Positions 57,956 to 64,000 of a stretch of DNA of 64,000 bases are shown here, piece after piece. The translations under genes were made by a program, and so were the position numbers. Under the pieces are notes generated by a model. That model saw only the letters and a program-made list of their open reading frames with translations. It ran no database searches and was not told the origin of the DNA. Each line of letters begins with the position of its first letter. The stretch's first letter is position 1. The DNA comes from Candidatus Levyibacteriota bacterium. Lineage in GTDB: Bacteria > Patescibacteriota > Microgenomatia > Levybacterales > UBA12049. Location of the stretch: the NCBI GenBank assembly GCA_016182185.1, contig JACOXU010000002.1, positions 86,874 through 150,873 on the forward strand, given 5' to 3'.

Positions 57956-59149
57956 TTATTTTAATCCTATTGTGTAAAGATTAGGGGCGGTGTCTGTGTT
58001 GCCGAGGTTAGTTAAAATTACTATTTTTGTACCGTCAGGCCAGGGGAAAACGAAGCTATCTACAAAAGGACCGGCATAAATCTTAGTCGTATTTTTTCCG
58101 TCATATTCCATTATTTCCACTTTTTGATCGTGAACAAAAATAATGTGTTTTGAATCAGCCAACCAGTTCAAAGATTTTTCGAATCCAGCTTTATAATCAA
58201 GAATTTTATAATTTCTGTCTTCTTTTAGATCGTAAACATAAATCTCTCCGGGCTTTAATAATCTTTGCTCGGGTGTAGAATTAACTCCAATAAGCGGTGG
58301 CTTAATGATTATAGGCAAGGTCGACTGTTTTGAAACCCGATATAAAATTTTTAATTCATCAGGAGACCAAGCAATGATCTCGAAGTTGTTTTCGGCAAAT
58401 TTTCTTAATTCTCTTGGCAGGGAATCAATTTGAGATCTATGTTTTTCAAGTGTTTGTCTTTGCCAAGTAAGACTTGTAGTGGAGATTGTTTCTGTAATAT
58501 CTGAAGGATTCTGGTTTAAGCCGTCCCCCTTAAGTAGATAAGTGGTATTTAAATTTAGCGCAGAGATAGTTGCTATGATGGACGATCCATCAGGAGTCCA
58601 AGACAGCTTTGTCCTAGAAAAGGAATTTAAAGTATCTTCTACAATCTGGATCGATAGTCCTTGGAGCGTAATAATGGGCTTTGCGGTCATATCGAGCACA
58701 TATATTCCGTTTTTCTTAGCAGATTGCGAAGAGACTGTATAGGCAAGTTTTGTCTGTGAAGGATCCATAACCGCAACATTCACGCCGGTATTTGTGATAC
58801 TTTCAAGCTTAGGCGCGGTAGGGAAAAGAAGCGCCTCTGCCTTTGTAACCACGCCTTTTTCAATTTTTAGATGTTTTTCCCAAGAAAAGTATCCCTGTTT
58901 GAAGATCTTAATGTCGTACTCACCCGGGGTTAGATTAATCGTATTGTTCGTAGCAGTCGTCAAGTGATCATTTACAAAAACTTGTGCTCCATCAGGTGAA
59001 CTTGTTGCGACCAAAAGCCCTGTGCCTGATACGTCCGGTTTTATGCCGTCGAAGAATATTCGATATCCCCTTCCGAAAAGAATTACGACAACGGTTATAG
59101 ATATTAATGTCAAAAGGATTCCTAGGGAGATTATTAGTTTTTTCACCAC
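57956..59149 (-). CDS. PEGA domain protein with a beta-propeller-like C-terminus
   Basis: TM, S.PDGA.VFVN...L.PGEY.I.I.K.GY..W; WSPD-type repeats. Confidence 0.85.
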   Translation of the reverse strand: MVKKLIISLGILLTLISITVVVILFGRGYRIFFDGIKPDVSGTGLLVATSSPDGAQVFVNDHLTTATNNTINLTPGEYDIKIFKQGYFSWEKHLKIEKGVVTKAEALLFPTAPKLESITNTGVNVAVMDPSQTKLAYTVSSQSAKKNGIYVLDMTAKPIITLQGLSIQIVEDTLNSFSRTKLSWTPDGSSIIATISALNLNTTYLLKGDGLNQNPSDITETISTTSLTWQRQTLEKHRSQIDSLPRELRKFAENNFEIIAWSPDELKILYRVSKQSTLPIIIKPPLIGVNSTPEQRLLKPGEIYVYDLKEDRNYKILDYKAGFEKSLNWLADSKHIIFVHDQKVEIMEYDGKNTTKIYAGPFVDSFVFPWPDGTKIVILTNLGNTDTAPNLYTIGLK

Positions 59150-59309
59150 AGAAATTATACAAGTTAATAATCACTCTTGCAAGACGTCCTTATCAAGGAT
59201 ATAATCATTAGACGAGGCTAAAAATATTTTTGATAGATTTAAATAATAGTTTGATATAGATTTTAACCTCGCTTCACTTATCTAATATTTGGTTATCAAA
59301 TTTAATCTT

Positions 59310-60326
59310 ATGTTTTCAAAAAGAATCGGAATTGACTTAGGTACGGCAAATACTCTTGTTTATCTGGCAGGACAAGGAATAGTTTTAAATGAACCCACAG
59401 TAGTTGCGGTGACTGCAGAAGAAAATAGAGTAGTAGCTGTTGGTCGTGAGGCAAAAGATATGCTTGGAAGAACTCCTGGGAATATAGTTGCTATGAGACC
59501 TTTGCGAGACGGAGTGATTGCTGATTACACAATTACAGAGGCAATGCTTTCTTATTTTATTGACAAGGCAGCTGGGCGTTCCCGCTTTTTTAAACCAGAA
59601 GTTATGATATGTATTCCATCAGGCGTAACTCAGGTTGAAAGAAGAGCCGTTCTTGATGCCACAATGGCAGCAGGAGCAAAAACTGCCTACTTAATTGAAG
59701 AACCCCTCGCAGCCGCGATCGGAGCCAAAATCCCAATTGCTCAAGCCGCAGGACACATGGTGGTTGATATTGGCGGAGGCTCAACTGAATGTGCGGTAAT
59801 TTCACTGGGCGGCGTTGTCGTTCATAATTCTGTTAGAGCAGGAGGGAATAAAATCGATGAAGCAATTGCAAATTATACAAAAAGGAAATTTAATCTTCTC
59901 ATCGGAGAAAGGACCGCCGAAGAAATAAAAATAGCAATCGGGAATGCACTCATCGAAGAGAATTTAAAATCAAATGCAAAAAAACTAGAAATAAGAGGAA
60001 GAGACAGTATATCAGGATTACCTCGAACAGTTGAACTGACCGAAACTCAAATAAATGAAGCAATCACCCCTGTTCTTATGGAAATAATTTCAGCAGTTAA
60101 AGGAGTGCTGGAGCAAACACCTCCTGAGCTTGCAAGTGATATTATAGATAAAGGAGTTGTTATGAGCGGCGGAACGTCCCTCTTAAACAATTTTGACAAA
60201 TTAATTACGAAGATTACTGGTGTGCCTTGTCACGTTGCGGAAGATTCTCTTCTTTGTGTCGTAAGAGGGACGGGAGTAGCGCTTGAGAATATAGAATTGT
60301 ATAAAAGAAGCATCGCCCGTAAATGA
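59310..60326 (+). CDS. mreB: rod shape-determining protein MreB
   Basis: IGIDLGTAN, EP.AAAIGA, DIGGGST, TPPELA.DI. Confidence 0.97.
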   Translation: MFSKRIGIDLGTANTLVYLAGQGIVLNEPTVVAVTAEENRVVAVGREAKDMLGRTPGNIVAMRPLRDGVIADYTITEAMLSYFIDKAAGRSRFFKPEVMICIPSGVTQVERRAVLDATMAAGAKTAYLIEEPLAAAIGAKIPIAQAAGHMVVDIGGGSTECAVISLGGVVVHNSVRAGGNKIDEAIANYTKRKFNLLIGERTAEEIKIAIGNALIEENLKSNAKKLEIRGRDSISGLPRTVELTETQINEAITPVLMEIISAVKGVLEQTPPELASDIIDKGVVMSGGTSLLNNFDKLITKITGVPCHVAEDSLLCVVRGTGVALENIELYKRSIARK

Positions 60327-60581
60327 TTCCTCTATATGATATAAATATCCTATAATTTTTAGAAGATTATCATGAGTCCAGATAATAATATAGGAGAGAA
60401 ACAATATTTTTCACAATATAATAGATTTATAGTAATTATATTATTATGACAATAAAAATATATTATTTTGCATCGGCTCAAGCAAGAATTAAATTTGGTA
60501 AATTTGAGTATAATAATTACCCAAACGGGTGATATTTAGAGATAAGAATATTCTCTAAATTAATCTTATAGTATAATTGAT

Positions 60582-61307
60582 ATGTTTGAGAAAAAAAATA
60601 TCCTTGGAGTAGGTCTTAATAGGGACTCTAAGAAATTAATCCTAGAGTATATAGTAAAAAGTATTGAAAAATCATCGGAAAAGTACTATATAGTGACACC
60701 AAACCCTGAGTTATTAGTAATTGCCTCAAGAGACTCGAGGTACAAAAAAACCCTAAATGATGCAAAATTAGCTTTGCCCGACGGAATGGGTGTTATTCTA
60801 GCAAGTAAGTTACTCAAAAAAGGTATCACTACCCGAATTACTGGTGTTGGCTTGGTAAATAGCCTCTGTGAAACAGTTGCAGAAAAGCCTATAACAGTGG
60901 GGTTTTTGGGAGGTAAACCTGGTGTAGCAGACAAAACGTCCGAATGCTTACGCGAAAAGTACCCCAGTTTAAAGGTAGTCTTTGCCGAAAGCGGAAACCC
61001 GGATGAACAAACTTTAAAATTAATAAAGCAAAAAATTGATATTCTCTTTGTTGCTTTTGGTTCTCCAAAACAAGAAATTTGGATCAGTAAACACTTGAAA
61101 AATTTACCGGTAAAAATTGCAATTGGCGTAGGAGGAGCATTTGATTTTATAAGTGGAGAAGTAAAAAGAGCTCCTTTTTGGGTTAGAAATATTGGACTTG
61201 AATGGTTATTTAGACTAATTATCCAGCCCTGGAGAATAAAGCGACAATTTTCTCTTCTTGTTTTTCTTTTGCTCATCTTAAAAGAAAAATTTTTAGATTT
61301 TCAGTGA
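60582..61307 (+). CDS. WecB/TagA/CpsF family glycosyltransferase
   Basis: TPNPE, PDG.G, G.PKQE, GVGGAFDF, GLEWLFRL. Confidence 0.95.
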   Translation: MFEKKNILGVGLNRDSKKLILEYIVKSIEKSSEKYYIVTPNPELLVIASRDSRYKKTLNDAKLALPDGMGVILASKLLKKGITTRITGVGLVNSLCETVAEKPITVGFLGGKPGVADKTSECLREKYPSLKVVFAESGNPDEQTLKLIKQKIDILFVAFGSPKQEIWISKHLKNLPVKIAIGVGGAFDFISGEVKRAPFWVRNIGLEWLFRLIIQPWRIKRQFSLLVFLLLILKEKFLDFQ

Positions 61308-61323
61308 TGGTATAATATAATTC

Positions 61324-62544
61324 ATGAGAATTCTTTATCTTCAAACTTTTCCTTTATATGGTTCTGGATCAGGAACTTATTCCAGAGATTTAGCTAGAGA
61401 AGTTGCCAAAATTCACAAGGTAGCAATGGTTGTTCCTGATAAGCGAAGTGTCAAAAACGTAAAAATGTATAAGGTTGATCTTCCAGTTAAGATTTCTTTT
61501 ACGGGTCATCCTGAGTGGCCCGACTCACTTCTTTATACTAAAGTATCCGGTCAAGAACTCTCAAGTAATTATCTTGCTTATTTTAAAGCCATTGTCCATG
61601 CAGTCAATGAATTTAAGCCTGATATCATCCACGTCCATCACATAATGCCTTTGACCTGGATAGCAAGATTTATAAAAATAGCTTACAACCTGAATTTTAT
61701 AGTCACGGTTCATGGATCAGAACTTCCCACAATTGAAGATGACAAGAGATATACTTATCTTACAGAAGAAGCACTCACTCGCGCAAAAAGAATCGCAGCA
61801 AACAGTTTTTGGACCAGAGAATGGATTCAAAAGATCTACGGTAATAAATTTCAGGATCAAATAAGAGTTATTCCGGGCGGAGTAAATATTTCAGATTTCC
61901 CAGAAGATATGGACACGCGGGAAATTGACAGTAAATATAGATTAGGCGGTCAAAAATTGATTCTTTTTTCAGGCAAGCTTACAAAATACAAAGGCGTAAG
62001 GTACCTAATACAGGCCGCAAGAAATATAAATGCTGTTGTGGGAGTTGCAGGAGACGGGCCTGAAATGGAAAATTTAAAAAAAATGGTTAAAAAATTAAAG
62101 TTAGACAATGTCAAATTTTTTGGTTTTATTGACAACCATGATTTGATTAAACTTTATTACAGGGCAGATATTTGTGTTGTTCCAAGCGTCTGGGATGAAC
62201 CTTTGGGGCTGGTCGTGCTTGAGGCAATGGCGACCAAGACTCCAGTTGTAGTGACCAGAAAAGGTGGTATTCCTTTGGCCGTTAAGGATGGGATAAACGG
62301 AGTTTTTATAAGACCTCGGAACGCAAAAGAGATAGCTGAGAAGGTAAATATTCTGTTGGCAGATGATGAATTGAGGCAAAAAATTGGGGAGAGAGCAAGA
62401 AAAACAATCCTTGAAAGATTCACTTGGGATAAAATCGCCCATAGGTATGAAAGAATATACCAAGAATTCAGAAAAACAGCTGATTTAAGAGATGCCGGAC
62501 CTTTAGATAAATGGGTTAATAAGGTTCTGAAAAAACCATCATAA
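61324..62544 (+). CDS. glycosyltransferase family 4
   Basis: PS.WDEPLGLVVLEAMA...PVV. Confidence 0.93.
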   Translation: MRILYLQTFPLYGSGSGTYSRDLAREVAKIHKVAMVVPDKRSVKNVKMYKVDLPVKISFTGHPEWPDSLLYTKVSGQELSSNYLAYFKAIVHAVNEFKPDIIHVHHIMPLTWIARFIKIAYNLNFIVTVHGSELPTIEDDKRYTYLTEEALTRAKRIAANSFWTREWIQKIYGNKFQDQIRVIPGGVNISDFPEDMDTREIDSKYRLGGQKLILFSGKLTKYKGVRYLIQAARNINAVVGVAGDGPEMENLKKMVKKLKLDNVKFFGFIDNHDLIKLYYRADICVVPSVWDEPLGLVVLEAMATKTPVVVTRKGGIPLAVKDGINGVFIRPRNAKEIAEKVNILLADDELRQKIGERARKTILERFTWDKIAHRYERIYQEFRKTADLRDAGPLDKWVNKVLKKPS

Positions 62545-62546
62545 TT

Positions 62547-63617
62547 ATGAGGATAGCAATTTTGGGTTCTATAGCTCTTCCGGTTCCTCCTCCTTTTCAA
62601 GGCGGGACAGAATGGATTGCATATTATCAAGCAAAGGGACTCTCGGAGAAGGGGCATAAAGTTCTTCTTTTTGCGCCCGGAGAAAGCAGAAGTTATTTAA
62701 AGAATTTAAGTGTTGATTTTATCGAAGTTGGCGAAGGGAATTTAGCCTTAGGGAGCAATCTGGAAAAAAAAATTGATCCAAGATATACAGAAGCATCCAG
62801 AAAACTTCGACTTGAGGCGGTCGGATTATCTGAGGTTATCAAAGAACTGATAGAAAGAAAAGATGAATATGATTTAATTCTAAACAATATTAGGGGCGAA
62901 GCAGTTTTTGTTCCGATTGCAAAGTATTTAAATAAGAAATTTGTGAATGTCATGCATCTTAACATTTTTGATGAATTAGCAGATTTATTTAAACATTTTT
63001 CTACAAATATAATAACCATCAGCAATTCACAGAGAAAAAATTACCCTCAACTTTCTTATCTTGATACCGTTTATAACGGGGTGGATACCAATATATTTTC
63101 TTTTAGTTCTGATCCTCATGGTTATTTTCTGATGATGGGATCAATCGGAAGGCATAAAAATCAAAAAATAGCTATAAAAATTGCCAAGAGGCTTAAAATA
63201 AAACTCATCATTGCCGGAAAAATCAGAGACAATGATTATTTTGAAGAAATCAAAAGGGATATTGATGGAGAGATGATTAAATGGATCGGCGAAATAGATC
63301 TTAAGGATAAAGTGAAACTTTATCAAGGCGCAAAAGCGCTTCTTTTTCCAATCCTTTGGGAAGAGCCCTTTGGACTGGTTATGATTGAGGCAATGAGTTG
63401 CGGAACGCCAGTCATCGCTTTCAATAACGGCGCCGTTTCTGAGGTATTAATTAACAATAAAACTGGTTTTGTTATAGAAAGTGATAGTCAGATGATTGAG
63501 GCAATTCATAAAATTGATTCAATTAACCGCGTTGATTGCAGAAAACATGTTGAGGATAAATTTACCATTGAAAAGATGGTTGATAATTATGAGAAATCAC
63601 TTCTTAAGCTGGATTAA
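62547..63617 (+). CDS. glycosyltransferase family 4
   Basis: VPP..GGTE; WEEPFGLVMIEAMSCGTPVI. Confidence 0.93.
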   Translation: MRIAILGSIALPVPPPFQGGTEWIAYYQAKGLSEKGHKVLLFAPGESRSYLKNLSVDFIEVGEGNLALGSNLEKKIDPRYTEASRKLRLEAVGLSEVIKELIERKDEYDLILNNIRGEAVFVPIAKYLNKKFVNVMHLNIFDELADLFKHFSTNIITISNSQRKNYPQLSYLDTVYNGVDTNIFSFSSDPHGYFLMMGSIGRHKNQKIAIKIAKRLKIKLIIAGKIRDNDYFEEIKRDIDGEMIKWIGEIDLKDKVKLYQGAKALLFPILWEEPFGLVMIEAMSCGTPVIAFNNGAVSEVLINNKTGFVIESDSQMIEAIHKIDSINRVDCRKHVEDKFTIEKMVDNYEKSLLKLD

Positions 63618-63642
63618 TTTTGTGTTATTATTAAATTAATCT

Positions 63643-64000
63643 ATGAAGATTGCACAGCTTGCTCCGCCTTGGCTGTCCGTTCCTCCTTCCGGATATGGGG
63701 GAACCGAACTTATAGTTTACTATCTAACCCAAGGATTGGTAAAAAGAGGTCACGATGTAACTCTTTTTGCTTCAGGAGACTCAAAAACGGATGCTAAGCT
63801 TTTCTCAATCTACCCAAAGTCTATAGGCAACAACGGAGAACTTAAAAATCAGCCGCTTAGCCCCATGCTTCATTACATTGAGTGTTTTGAAAGAGCATCG
63901 GAATTCGACATTATCCACAACCATGCCCAATATTATGCCATGTTTCTGGCTGATTTGGTAAAAACTCCTGTAGTTCATACCATTCACGGTTCTTTTAGCA
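63643..64000 (+). CDS. glycosyltransferase family 4, truncated by the window end
   Basis: MKIAQLAPPWLSVPPSGYGGTE...LVKRGHDVTLFASGDS. Confidence 0.9.
   Translation, partial: MKIAQLAPPWLSVPPSGYGGTELIVYYLTQGLVKRGHDVTLFASGDSKTDAKLFSIYPKSIGNNGELKNQPLSPMLHYIECFERASEFDIIHNHAQYYAMFLADLVKTPVVHTIHGSFS

Overview
Genome segment that looks like a Patescibacteria/CPR (Microgenomates-like) bacterium: AT-rich, many genes apparently leaderless, and typical CPR gene content. The lineage is inferred, not searched. It holds an rRNA unit without an adjacent 16S gene (tRNA-Ala, 23S, 5S), four more tRNAs and housekeeping genes (rpsA, radA, rho, leuS, argS, ndk, mreB, comEA/comEC). It also has glycosyltransferases, a sortase, DsbA/VKOR and a histidine kinase with three tandem receivers. 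The most unusual part is a ~5.7 kb, mostly GC-rich, one-strand unit (15950-21690). It has a consensus promoter, an rrn-like leader with a boxA-like motif, about 12 mostly tiny ORFs with mostly strong Shine-Dalgarno sites, a recurring intergenic hairpin motif, and a ~400 nt hairpin-dense 3' trailer. Its products are four cationic peptides, small membrane peptides, and dockerin, PT-repeat and TSP3 surface proteins. It lies divergent from a T4SS-coupling-like ATPase. Several repeat families also invade genes: a ~110 bp covarying hairpin found both in-frame in leuS and intergenically, 7-bp AT-rich arrays in the 23S gene, leuS and argS, and a REP-like palindrome at variable 23S helices. The 23S sequence lacks the 5' peptidyl-transferase segment, possibly through misassembly. 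All calls were made by eye without database searches.
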